Positions 1 through 12,803 of a DNA stretch of 64,000 nucleotides are shown in pieces (position 1 is the stretch's first letter; every line of letters starts with the position of its first letter). The DNA is taken from the NCBI GenBank assembly GCA_963796685.1, contig CAWCMR010000025.1:512001-576000 (forward strand), given 5' to 3'. Origin of the DNA: an uncultured delta proteobacterium (GTDB taxonomy: Bacteria; Myxococcota_A; Polyangia; Fen-1088). A model generated the notes under the pieces. It worked only from the letters and a program-made list of their open reading frames with translations, was not told the origin of the DNA and ran no database searches. The translations under genes and the position numbers were made by a program.

Positions 1-276
1 GCACGCTCCGAGCGTGGGCTGTCCGATCGTGTGCGCCGGGCCATGGCGGCCGGGCTGGAAGTGGCCTCGCGCTCCAAGGACGACCTGGTGCGCGCCGCCA
101 CCTCGGAGATCGGCGCGTGGCTCGACCGCCTGGACGTGCAGGGCGAGCTGGCCCAGGTGCTTTCCAAGATGGTGCTCGAGGTGAAGGCCGAGATCCGTTT
201 CCGCCCGAAGGAAGATGGAACCCTCGTCCCCGAGGTCACGAGCGACGTTCAGGTGAAGCCGCCGACCAAACCGTAA
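1..276 (+). CDS. Hypothetical protein, 5'-truncated by window edge
   Basis: Frame is open from base 1 to TAA at 274-276; helical, protein-like sequence (..GAWLDRLDVQGELAQVLSKMVLEVKAEIRF..). Confidence 0.7.
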   Translation, partial: ARSERGLSDRVRRAMAAGLEVASRSKDDLVRAATSEIGAWLDRLDVQGELAQVLSKMVLEVKAEIRFRPKEDGTLVPEVTSDVQVKPPTKP

Positions 277-283
277 GATTTTC

Positions 284-394
284 ACCACAGAGGACACAGA
301 GGACACAGAGACGGAGGGGGAGAAGTAAGGATCCGGTTTCAAGCTCCGAGAACCCTTCCTTTCCGGCCTCCGTGTTCTCTGTGTCCTCTGCGGT
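284..394. repeat. Inverted repeat element with 27-bp arms built from 9-mers (ACACAGAGG x3); possible bidirectional terminator
   Basis: 284-310 ACCACAGAGGACACAGAGGACACAGAG vs reverse complement of 368-394 ACCGCAGAGGACACAGAGAACACGGAG (3 mismatches); lies between convergent genes. Confidence 0.85.
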
Positions 395-399
395 TCCAT

Positions 400-1815
<1,416 letters not shown>

Positions 1816-1838
1816 GGCCGAACGATAGCACTAGCCGG

Positions 1839-2492
1839 CTACGGAGCGACGCCACTGACGAAGGGATTGCGTTCGCGTTCGTCGGCGATGGTCGTCTCCG
1901 GCCCGTGCCCGGGGATCACGCGCGTCTCGCCGGGAAGCACGTACAGCTTGGTGCGAATGGAGACCGCCAGAGCGGCGAACGATCCGCCCGGCAGATCGGT
2001 GCGACCAACGGAATCCGCGAACAGGGTATCCCCGGCGAAGAGGACGGCATCGTCCTCGCCAAGGTAGAAACCGACTGAGCCCGGGGTGTGCCCCGGCGTA
2101 TGCAAGACGCGAATGGACACGTTGCCGACGGCGATGGTTTCCCCGCCGGTCAACCACTGCGTGGGGGCAGGCGGGCGGGCAGCGCGAAACCCGAACATCA
2201 CGCCCTGGCCGGGCAGATTCTCGTACAGTGTCTGGTCGTCGCGGTGAATGAGAATCGCCGCGTTCGTGGCCGTGGCCACCTCGCCCGTCGCGAGGATGTG
2301 ATCGAAGTGACCGTGGGTGTGCAGAAGATGCGTGACCGTGACCCCCATGTCCTTGACCGCCGCAAGGATGTCCTCGGTATTGCCGCCCGGATCGATGATG
2401 GCGGCTTGCCCGGTCTCCGCGCAAGCCACGATGGCGCAGTTGCAAGCCACCGGCCCAACCGTGAGCGTGCGTATCGTCGTGTGCGGCCTCAC
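1839..2492 (-). CDS. MBL-fold metallo-hydrolase (glyoxalase II / YcbL-like)
   Basis: [32 protein letters not shown] motifs. Confidence 0.93.
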   Translation of the reverse strand: MRPHTTIRTLTVGPVACNCAIVACAETGQAAIIDPGGNTEDILAAVKDMGVTVTHLLHTHGHFDHILATGEVATATNAAILIHRDDQTLYENLPGQGVMFGFRAARPPAPTQWLTGGETIAVGNVSIRVLHTPGHTPGSVGFYLGEDDAVLFAGDTLFADSVGRTDLPGGSFAALAVSIRTKLYVLPGETRVIPGHGPETTIADERERNPFVSGVAP

Positions 2493-2527
2493 GGCTAGAA
2501 GTATACCCCCTGACGAGGCCCGAAACC

Positions 2528-2589
2528 GTAGGGGCGGGTTTCAAACCCGCCCTCCGGCTGGTGTGGGCGGGTTTCAAACCCGCGCCTAC
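2528..2589. repeat. Inverted pair of GTAG-type REP palindromes
   Basis: GTAGGGGCGGGTTTCAAACCCGCCCT (2528-2553) and GGGCGGGTTTCAAACCCGCGCCTAC (2565-2589, ending in the complement of GTAGG). Confidence 0.85.
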
Positions 2590-2598
2590 CCCCTCTCC

Positions 2599-5493
<2,895 letters not shown>

Positions 5494-5511
5494 CGCCTCT
5501 CCTCCAACTAT

Positions 5512-5550
5512 CCAAATTGCCAAATTGCCAAATTGCCAAATTGCCAGATT
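5512..5550. repeat. Tandem 8-mer CCAAATTG x4 plus one degenerate copy in the nrdJ 5' leader
   Basis: Four perfect copies at 5512-5543, then CCAGATT. Confidence 0.9.
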
Positions 5551-5656
5551 TTCAGTGCCGCATCGGATCAGTCTGACACTGCGCCAAAACACACGCACTC
5601 CGATGCGGCGGCTGGCCAGCATAACTCCCGCCAAAAGGGGTCTGTGTCAACAAAAA

Positions 5657-5704
5657 ACACAATATGTAGTGTTATGCCACAGATAACCACACTACCTATT
5701 GTGT
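5657..5704. promoter_or_regulatory. Tandem NrdR boxes
   Basis: ACACAATATGTAGTGT (5657-5672) and ACACTACCTATTGTGT (5689-5704) fit acaCwAtATaTwGtgt, start 32 bp apart, upstream of nrdJ. Confidence 0.9.
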
Positions 5705-5714
5705 ATTAGCGGTC

Positions 5715-5779
5715 TGTGGATAATTTCTGAATTCGCCTTCCCGGTCGGCTATTTCGGCCCCTTACCCCCTTGTGGACAA
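5715..5779 (-). promoter_or_regulatory. Two DnaA boxes
   Basis: TGTGGATAA at 5715-5723 (TTATCCACA, perfect) and TGTGGACAA at 5771-5779 (TTGTCCACA), same orientation. Confidence 0.65.
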
Positions 5780-5892
5780 AGTCGACAAAGTCAAATAGTG
5801 ACCATACGTTGCACTACCAGCATGGCCCAATGCGCACAAGAAGCGCAGGCCAGAAAGTATCGTCCCGGAGTCTTCTCGCTTATGATCGTTCG

Positions 5893-6696
5893 GTGATTTG
5901 GCTCGAAGGAGTGTGCTGCCAGCGCGCTGGCGCCGTGGTGCTCGACATGGTGACCCTGGGGGTTGCCAGGAGCGAGCTCATCGTCATCGAGGGAGGTGCG
6001 GCCTCCGGCAAGTCCACGTTGCTCGAATTGGCGGCGGCCGCGCGCATGCCCGAGCGGGGCGCGGTGTGGTTCGCAGGCCGCAACACCACGAGCCTGCAGC
6101 GGGCGTCCTTGCCCTTCGTTCGACGCAACATCGGCTACTGCACGGCGGAGCCGCTTCTGCTACCGGACGACACCGCGCTGGCCAACGTGATGCTGGCGCT
6201 GGCCGTGCGCGGGGAAAGCCCGGCGCGCGCGGAGCAGTCGGCGCGCGAAGCCCTGGCGCTGGTGAAGGCCACCCATCTGGAAGACCGAAAAGTTGCGTCT
6301 TTGTCCTCGGGTCAAAGGCGGCTGGTCGCCTTGGCGCGCGCCGTGGCCGGACCGCCGCCCCTGGTGGTTGCGGACGAGCCCTCGGCCGGCGTCGGCGGCG
6401 AGGCCCGCGAGGTCGCGGTTTCCGCGCTCGCCACGGCCCGCGATTCGGGTGCGGCGGTCCTGGTCGCCACCGCCGATACGACCCTGGCCGACCAATTGGT
6501 GAGTAGAGGCGGACGGCAAATCCACCTCGAGCAGGGACATATCGCAGGCGCTCCCGCCATGGGCCTCGTGCCCGCGTTCACGCCGGTGCCCGCGGTGCCC
6601 GCGGTGGACGGACGGCTCCAGCCCAGGATCATCACCCTCGAGGTCGATGATGGCGAGAAAGAGGTGCTGTCCCCCGTGACCAGAGGGCCGGCATGA
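5893..6696 (+). CDS. ftsE: FtsE-like ABC ATPase (divergent)
   Basis: GGAASGKST Walker A, LPFVRRNIG (FtsE-like), LSSGQ signature, VVADEP Walker B; precedes ftsX-like gene; GTG start inferred. Confidence 0.75.
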   Translation: MIWLEGVCCQRAGAVVLDMVTLGVARSELIVIEGGAASGKSTLLELAAAARMPERGAVWFAGRNTTSLQRASLPFVRRNIGYCTAEPLLLPDDTALANVMLALAVRGESPARAEQSAREALALVKATHLEDRKVASLSSGQRRLVALARAVAGPPPLVVADEPSAGVGGEAREVAVSALATARDSGAAVLVATADTTLADQLVSRGGRQIHLEQGHIAGAPAMGLVPAFTPVPAVPAVDGRLQPRIITLEVDDGEKEVLSPVTRGPA

Positions 6697-7601
6697 GCGC
6701 AATCTGGATCGCCCGTCACGTGCACCACCAGGTGCAAGCCCATCGCCCCCTCGTTCTCGCGACCTCGGCCGCCTTCTTCTTGCTCGCGCTGGTCGCTGGC
6801 GGCGCGAGGCTGGGCGCACGCACGGTAGTCCGATGGGGAGGCATAGTGGGCCAGAACGTCCACGTCATCGTGTATCTGTCCGAGGAGGTCGACGAGGACC
6901 GCGCGCGGGATTTGTCGGAAGTTCTGAGCCGCGTGCCGAGCGTCGCCCGGGTGACCACCGTCGAGCCCGCCGCCGCGCTTTCCAGGTTCAGCGCCTCGGC
7001 CAAGGCGGTCGGCCTGGACAACAAGGCCCTCGAAGACCTCGAACCCGCCTATTTCCCACGCTCTCTCGAGGTCAATTTGATGCCGGCCGCGGATCTCAGC
7101 GAGCGCGCGGCCGATCTGGCCAAGCGCCTGCGTGGGGTGCCCGGCGTCCTGCAAGTCGATGCCATGGGCGGCGGCCTTGCCCGCCTATCGGTATGGGTCA
7201 AGCTGGGTCGCAGACTGGGCGCCATCGTGCTCGCGGCCTTGGGCTTGGTCGCCCTTGGCGCCCTGGCGGCGGTGTTCCTGCGCAGCCGCAATGCCGTGTC
7301 CAGGCGGGCGGCGGTGCTGGTGCAGCTCGGGGAAACGGCCTCGGGTATTCGTTTGCCCGGGGGAATGTGGATGGCGGCGGCGGCGGCCATCGGCGGCGGC
7401 GCGGGCGCGCTCGTGTTGCGGCTCGCCTGGCAACCGCTGGTCGGTCGCCTCGAGCACAGCCTCGGTATGGTCGCCAACCCGCCCTTCCCCTTCCTCAGTC
7501 GCACCGAGCTCGCTCTCGGCCTTGCAGCGGTGCTGCTGATTGGGCTCGCCATGGGCTACTTCGCGCCCCCTCTGCCTCGGATGCAAGACCGTGCGTCGTG
7601 A
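6693..7601 (+). CDS. ftsX: FtsX-like permease
   Basis: TM, then HVIVYL periplasmic domain (FPRSLEV, GVPGV), then further TMs; ATGA overlap with ftsE. Confidence 0.8.
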   Translation: MSAIWIARHVHHQVQAHRPLVLATSAAFFLLALVAGGARLGARTVVRWGGIVGQNVHVIVYLSEEVDEDRARDLSEVLSRVPSVARVTTVEPAAALSRFSASAKAVGLDNKALEDLEPAYFPRSLEVNLMPAADLSERAADLAKRLRGVPGVLQVDAMGGGLARLSVWVKLGRRLGAIVLAALGLVALGALAAVFLRSRNAVSRRAAVLVQLGETASGIRLPGGMWMAAAAAIGGGAGALVLRLAWQPLVGRLEHSLGMVANPPFPFLSRTELALGLAAVLLIGLAMGYFAPPLPRMQDRAS

Positions 7602-8418
7602 GTACCTACTGGCCGCGCTCGTGCTGCTCCCCGTGACGGCGAAGGCCGATCCCAGCGCCGAGGAAACCGCGCTGTTCGACCGGCTGGGCGTGCGCGAGCA
7701 CATTCTCGAAGCCCAAACCACGGCAGCCGAGACCACGACCCGGCAGCGCGCCCTTCTGGCCTACCGGCTGTGGCGTCGCCGGGAGCTTGGCTTTGCCGCC
7801 AACCCCGAGACTCGCCTCGACGATGCGCGATCGTTCGACCTGGCCCTGGTGGCTTTGCGTCGCGGCCTGGACGAGTCGCGAACCCTGGCGCGCGAGCTCG
7901 ACCGGGTGCGCGTCGAGCGCGGCGCCCTGGAAGTCGCCCTTCTGGGCCGCGCCCTTGCCGAGACCGCGAACCCCGATGACCCCACGCCTCCAGCCCTGGA
8001 AAACCTCCCGACCTCGGCGCGCTTGCTTCGCCCGGTGCGCGGAACGCCGGTGGCCGTGCCCGGCACCCGGCGTGATAGGCCGTCGAAGACCGAAATCCGC
8101 CACGACAGCGTCGAGATCCTTGCCCGCCTCAACGAGCCCGTAAAGGCCATCGCGGCTGGCGTGGTGAAGCGGGTCGAGCCCCTGGCACAAGGCGGATTTG
8201 CCGTGATGACCGCCCACCCCGGCGGGTTGACCAGCATCGTTACCGGGCTGCGCGACGTGGCGGTCAAGCCCGGCGATGCCGTGCTGGCGGGGCAGACGCT
8301 GGGACTTGCGGGCAGGAATCTCGACGGGGCGGCCGTGATCTCGGTGGAGATCTGGCGCAATCGCCAACCCCAGGACGCGGGCAAGCTGCTCCACGTCCGA
8401 TTATCCCCGGTGAGCTGA
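7591..8418 (+). CDS. EnvC-like coiled-coil protein with degenerate M23 domain
   Basis: Signal peptide, coiled coil, RPVRG..VKAIAAGVV..H..VKPGDAVLAGQTLG..VEIW M23 fold lacking zinc ligands; follows ftsEX. Confidence 0.75.
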   Translation: MRREYLLAALVLLPVTAKADPSAEETALFDRLGVREHILEAQTTAAETTTRQRALLAYRLWRRRELGFAANPETRLDDARSFDLALVALRRGLDESRTLARELDRVRVERGALEVALLGRALAETANPDDPTPPALENLPTSARLLRPVRGTPVAVPGTRRDRPSKTEIRHDSVEILARLNEPVKAIAAGVVKRVEPLAQGGFAVMTAHPGGLTSIVTGLRDVAVKPGDAVLAGQTLGLAGRNLDGAAVISVEIWRNRQPQDAGKLLHVRLSPVS

Positions 8419-8425
8419 TCCCTAG

Positions 8426-9292
8426 CTAGGAGACCTTGGTGCCGGCAAAGACGCCAGCGACCACACCGACACCGAAGGCGGAACCGGCGAAGTAGGTGTC
8501 GATGGCCTCCTTGACCGCAAGGAAGATGTCCTGCATCGCGGCCCCCTTGCCTGCGATGGACTTCCAGCGCCCCAGGGGACCCAGCTCGATCACCGGAGCG
8601 TAGAAGAACTCCCGTCCGGTGCAAAAGACCAATTCCCAGTGCGTGGTCTCGACCGACACAGGGCCGAGGCCGGCTTTCTCCAGCTGCTTGGCCAGGGCCT
8701 CGGGCTCGGGGAAGGACTTGGCATACGCGGCCAAGGCCGCTGCCAGCTCCGGCCTGCGTAGGCGAACCAGCACGTCCGTGTACACGTCGAGAAACTCGCG
8801 CCAGGTTCCGGCCAGCGGAGTCGCCAGACGAAGCGCTCCGCCCGGCTTCGTGACGCGCACGAGCTCGGAAACCAGCGTGGCGGGGGCCACGGCATCGGCG
8901 AGGGAAACATTGGCCAGCACGCAATCGAAGCCATCCTCGGCAAAGGGCAGCTTGCCTTCGAGATTGTGGGCGCGGAAAAAGATCCTGCGGCCGAGGTATT
9001 CGGCGGCGACGTTGGCGCGGGCTCGTTCGACCAAGGCCGGCGTGGCTTCGACGGCGATGAGGCGGCTATCGGCGTCGGTCCGCTGCAGGATCTCGGTGTT
9101 CGTGGTGCCCAGCCCGCAACCGATTTGCAGCACGTGGCTGTTCCGCGCCAGCACGAGATCCGCCATGAGCAAATCGGCGAGCTTCTGGCCAAACAGCGGA
9201 TAGACCTCTTCCTCGAAGACCCGGGCCAACTTCTCCTGCTGGGTAAGGAGCCGCGTGGGCCGCACCTGAGACGACGAACCTGTCGAGGACAT
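8426..9292 (-). CDS. Class I SAM-dependent methyltransferase
   Basis: VLQIGCGLG, LPFAEDGFDCV, RVTKPGG motifs. Confidence 0.85.
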   Translation of the reverse strand: MSSTGSSSQVRPTRLLTQQEKLARVFEEEVYPLFGQKLADLLMADLVLARNSHVLQIGCGLGTTNTEILQRTDADSRLIAVEATPALVERARANVAAEYLGRRIFFRAHNLEGKLPFAEDGFDCVLANVSLADAVAPATLVSELVRVTKPGGALRLATPLAGTWREFLDVYTDVLVRLRRPELAAALAAYAKSFPEPEALAKQLEKAGLGPVSVETTHWELVFCTGREFFYAPVIELGPLGRWKSIAGKGAAMQDIFLAVKEAIDTYFAGSAFGVGVVAGVFAGTKVS

Positions 9293-9374
9293 GGACGCCG
9301 CAATCTACCATCGATTTCGCACCGGCATAGCAAGTCGCGCAGGGTTCCCACCAATCCCGCGATACGCACAGAAG

Positions 9375-9469
9375 GTCGTGGCCGTGGTCGTGGCCGTGGC
9401 CATGATCTTCGTCGGCCACGACGGCGAGGACGCCTACGGCCACGGTGAGCCGTCTACGTCTACGACCAC
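9375..9469. repeat. Hexamer-based (CGTGGC/CGTAGA) imperfect inverted repeat element
   Basis: GTCGTGGCCGTGGTCGTGGCCGTGGCC ... CTACGGCCACGGTGAGCCGTCTACGTCTACGACCAC; related copy at 20539-20571. Confidence 0.65.
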
Positions 9470-9508
9470 CCGTCATCGCTCCGACAGGTGCGTGCTGGGC
9501 TCCCGCGA

Positions 9509-9979
9509 TCAGCGGTCGACATCGGACAGGATGATGATCTCGCCCGAAACCCCGCCCGGCCCGATGTGCAGCCTGCCCAGCGAGACCGGCCGGCCGGGCC
9601 GACGAGGGCCGGCGCTGCCGGGATTGAAATACAGGATGCCGTCCTGCACCTCTTTGCGCGGCTGGTGGGTGTGGCCCGAAATCACGACCTTGATGTCCTG
9701 CTTCCTGGGGTCCACGGCGAGGTGCTCGATCTCGTGGACCGTGTAGATGGCGATCCCTTCGATGGTCGTCAGGTCGTGGTCGGGCAGCGCGCTGGCCCAA
9801 GCGCCGCGATCGCAATTGCCGCGCACGGCGGTAACCTCGGCTATCGTGGAAAGCCACTGCAAGGTCCGCCGATCGTCGATGTCACCCGCGTGAATGATAC
9901 GGTCCACGGAAGCCAATGCGGAGCGCACCTCCGGTCGCAACAGGCCGTGGGTATCGGAAATGACGCCGAGGATTGCCAC
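9509..9979 (-). CDS. Metallophosphoesterase (YfcE/MJ0936 family)
   Basis: SDTHG, HAGD, GNCD, GHTH, NPGS motifs; GTG start inferred. Confidence 0.93.
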   Translation of the reverse strand: MAILGVISDTHGLLRPEVRSALASVDRIIHAGDIDDRRTLQWLSTIAEVTAVRGNCDRGAWASALPDHDLTTIEGIAIYTVHEIEHLAVDPRKQDIKVVISGHTHQPRKEVQDGILYFNPGSAGPRRPGRPVSLGRLHIGPGGVSGEIIILSDVDR

Positions 9980-10300
9980 AACCGAACCATAGCAGCCCCA
10001 TGGCGGTCCATGTACGCGTCGCACGCTTCATATCGCACCGCGCTGGCCCTCAGGCACTGGGCGAGCCGGGAGCCGAATGTAGGTTGGCTCACACCTGCGA
10101 AGATCGCCGCCACGCCGATTCCTGTCCTGAAACCACCTCGCCCCGCGCAGCGGAGCGAAGCAGGGCGGTTTCGTCCCCACCCGTCACAGCTAGGCGCGAG
10201 TTCCACCATAGACCTTGCGCAAAGCTTGCTATAGTTTCGTAGCTCGTAGCCTCGTGGCTTCGCCCGAGTTCCCGTTTTCCGCACGGTGAGGTAAGTCGAT

Positions 10301-12730
10301 ATGACAAGCACAAAGACGTCGCATCTTTTGGCTGGAAGCACGCCCAGCAAGCAGCCAATGCCGAGGGGCGTACTCTTGACCGTCGTGGCGTTGGGGGCGC
10401 TGGCCGCAGCATCCTGCAGCAGCGCCACGGTCATCGATCAAGGCCAGGGAGGAGTGAGCGGACAAGGCGGCGGCGGAAAAGCCGGCAACACCTCCGGCAA
10501 CTCCGGCGGCGGCGGGGGCGGCGGGCTCACCTTCAACACCGCCGTGCCCGACGCCAACGCCAACGTGGACCGCCCGGGCGGCGGGACCTGCGGAGACGGC
10601 GTCATCGAACGCAACGAGAGCTGCGACGACGGCAACACCGTCAGCGGTGATGGCTGCAGCCGCATTTGCCAAGTCGAGAGCAACTGGAACTGCCCCCAAG
10701 AAGGACAACCCTGCGAGAACCTCGCCAAGTGTGGCAACGGCATCCTGACCTCCGACGAAACCTGCGACGACGGCAACACCGTCAGCGGCGATGGCTGCTC
10801 GGCCGATTGCCAGACCGTCGAAAAAGGCTGGCAATGCCGCGTGCCTGGCAAGCCGTGCACGCCGAGCTGCGGGGACGGGGTGATTCCCGGGACCGAGACC
10901 TGCGACGACGGCAACACGACCTCGGGCGACGGCTGCTCGGCCACCTGCCACCTCGAGCTCGGTTTCAAGTGCGACAAGGCCGGCGCCCCATGCACCAAGA
11001 CCACCTGCGGTGACGGCAAGAAGGAAGGTGCCGAGAGCTGCGACGACGGCAACACCATGCCCTTCGACGGTTGCTCGGAGGATTGCCAGATCGAGCCGGC
11101 GTGCACGGCCGGGTCGGGATGTACCTCCCAGTGTGGCGACGGCATCGTGCTGGGCGAAGAGTGCGACGACGGCAACGTCGGCAATGGCGACGGCTGCTCC
11201 AGCGACTGCAAGAAGGAGCCAGGCTGGACCTGCACCCAGCCGGACATCGGAGACACCATGAAGGTGCCCGTGGTCTACCGGGATTTCAAGTTCAGCGCGG
11301 ACACGCAGCCAAACGGCAACGATTTCGAGCTCGGCGTCAGTGGTTCGTACGATCCCACTACCGGCATCGTCCAGGCGAGCCTGAGCAGCGACAAGCCGGG
11401 CAAGCCGGTGTTGGCTTCGCCCATTCCCACCAGCGCGCACGTCGCCAGCGCGAGTAGCTTCGCGACGTGGTACACCAACGTCTCCGGCACCAATCATACG
11501 ACTGCGTCCAAGCTGACGCTCTGGAACGATGGCAAGGGCAACTACGTGAACCGCTACGGGGCCGACGGCGCGCAGTGGAACACCACCACTCCGGCCAACT
11601 GGTGCGGCACGGTTGGCGACGAGCTCCTCGATGCGAGCGGGAACCCCATTCCGTGCACCTTCAAGTACCAGGCGGGTGTGGATGGCGGCGGCAACGGGGG
11701 CCAGACCGACTGCCAAAAGTTGGAGGCGCAGGGGTACACCATGCTGGACGGCAGTTGTCACGCGGATCAGGGCACGTACAAGGCCTTGTACATCGTGTCC
11801 AAGCAGGATGGCAATCCGCTGTTCTTCCCGGTGGACGGCGACACCTTCACGCCGGCCTCGGAGCTCACGTTCGCCCAGATTCCCCCCTATTACGACGCCG
11901 GGCATACGTGGCCGCACGACATGGACAAGAACGGCAAGGATATCTTGCACAACTTCAGCTTCACCAGCGAGGTCCGCTACTGGTTCCCGTACGACAAGAG
12001 TAAATCGTACACCCTCGATTTCGTCGGTGACGACGACGTCTGGGTATTCATCAACGGCAAGCTGGCCGTGGACTTGGGGGGTGTGCACACGCCCGTCGAC
12101 GGTAGCATCGCGATCGGCGCGAATGGCAGCGGTTCCACCACGGTGACCTCGTTCGACGCCAACGCCAACCCCAATCCCCCGACCAAGTCGACCGCCACCC
12201 TCGGATTGCAGGACGGCAAGGTGTACGAGATTGCGGTCTTCCAGGCCGAGCGCCAGACGCACGGCTCGTCGTACAAGCTGACCCTGAGCGGGTTCAACGC
12301 CGCGCCCACGAGCTGTATGCCGACCTGTGGCGACGGCGTGGTGGTGGCAGACGAGGAATGCGACTGCGGAACCGACCCCAACAATTTCCCCGCCCGGTGC
12401 ACGGGGCCCAACAGCGACGATACCTATGGCGGCTGCACGACCCAGTGCAAGTGGGGCTCGTACTGCGGCGACGGCATCAAGAACGGCCCCGAAGAGTGCG
12501 ACCAGGGCAAGGCCAACGGCACCGACACCAGCCAAGGTGGGTGCACCATCGGGTGCATGACCACCCACTACTGCGGCGACGGCATCGTCGACACCGATCA
12601 CGGCGAGCAATGCGACCTGGGCGACAAGAACGGACAGACCCTGGACAGCCAGCTGAACCCGTCATCCGATTCCACGGCGCAGATCTACTGCGCCAAAGAC
12701 TGCACGATCCCACCCGGTATCGTGTATTGA
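10301..12730 (+). CDS. Lipoprotein with Myxococcus Cys-rich repeats and fibro-slime (PA14-like) domain
   Basis: LAAASC lipobox; repeated CGDG..E.CDDGN..GDGCS..C; HNFSFTSEVRYWF..FVGDDDVWVFINGKLAVDLGGVH. Confidence 0.92.
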   Translation: MTSTKTSHLLAGSTPSKQPMPRGVLLTVVALGALAAASCSSATVIDQGQGGVSGQGGGGKAGNTSGNSGGGGGGGLTFNTAVPDANANVDRPGGGTCGDGVIERNESCDDGNTVSGDGCSRICQVESNWNCPQEGQPCENLAKCGNGILTSDETCDDGNTVSGDGCSADCQTVEKGWQCRVPGKPCTPSCGDGVIPGTETCDDGNTTSGDGCSATCHLELGFKCDKAGAPCTKTTCGDGKKEGAESCDDGNTMPFDGCSEDCQIEPACTAGSGCTSQCGDGIVLGEECDDGNVGNGDGCSSDCKKEPGWTCTQPDIGDTMKVPVVYRDFKFSADTQPNGNDFELGVSGSYDPTTGIVQASLSSDKPGKPVLASPIPTSAHVASASSFATWYTNVSGTNHTTASKLTLWNDGKGNYVNRYGADGAQWNTTTPANWCGTVGDELLDASGNPIPCTFKYQAGVDGGGNGGQTDCQKLEAQGYTMLDGSCHADQGTYKALYIVSKQDGNPLFFPVDGDTFTPASELTFAQIPPYYDAGHTWPHDMDKNGKDILHNFSFTSEVRYWFPYDKSKSYTLDFVGDDDVWVFINGKLAVDLGGVHTPVDGSIAIGANGSGSTTVTSFDANANPNPPTKSTATLGLQDGKVYEIAVFQAERQTHGSSYKLTLSGFNAAPTSCMPTCGDGVVVADEECDCGTDPNNFPARCTGPNSDDTYGGCTTQCKWGSYCGDGIKNGPEECDQGKANGTDTSQGGCTIGCMTTHYCGDGIVDTDHGEQCDLGDKNGQTLDSQLNPSSDSTAQIYCAKDCTIPPGIVY

Positions 12731-12750
12731 GAATGCGGGTCTGAAACAGA

Positions 12751-12774
12751 AGGGCGGGTTTGAAAACCCGCCCC
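12751..12774. repeat. REP-like palindrome of the same family as 2528-2589; possible terminator
   Basis: AGGGCGGGTTTGAAAACCCGCCCC between convergent genes. Confidence 0.7.
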
Positions 12775-12803
12775 GCCGTGGCCCGGCCCCGCGGGGCCCG
12801 CTC

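Noticed and set aside
5494-5656. Cobalamin riboswitch upstream of nrdJ, and the ORF extension to 5634
   Set aside because: No B12-box or GGGAA core recognised; the extension merely translates the 8-mer repeat and lies upstream of a strong RBS
5640-5800. Possible oriC (AT-rich with DnaA boxes)
   Set aside because: Only two boxes, no clear unwinding element, no dnaA/dnaN nearby; the AT-rich part is explained by NrdR boxes and promoters
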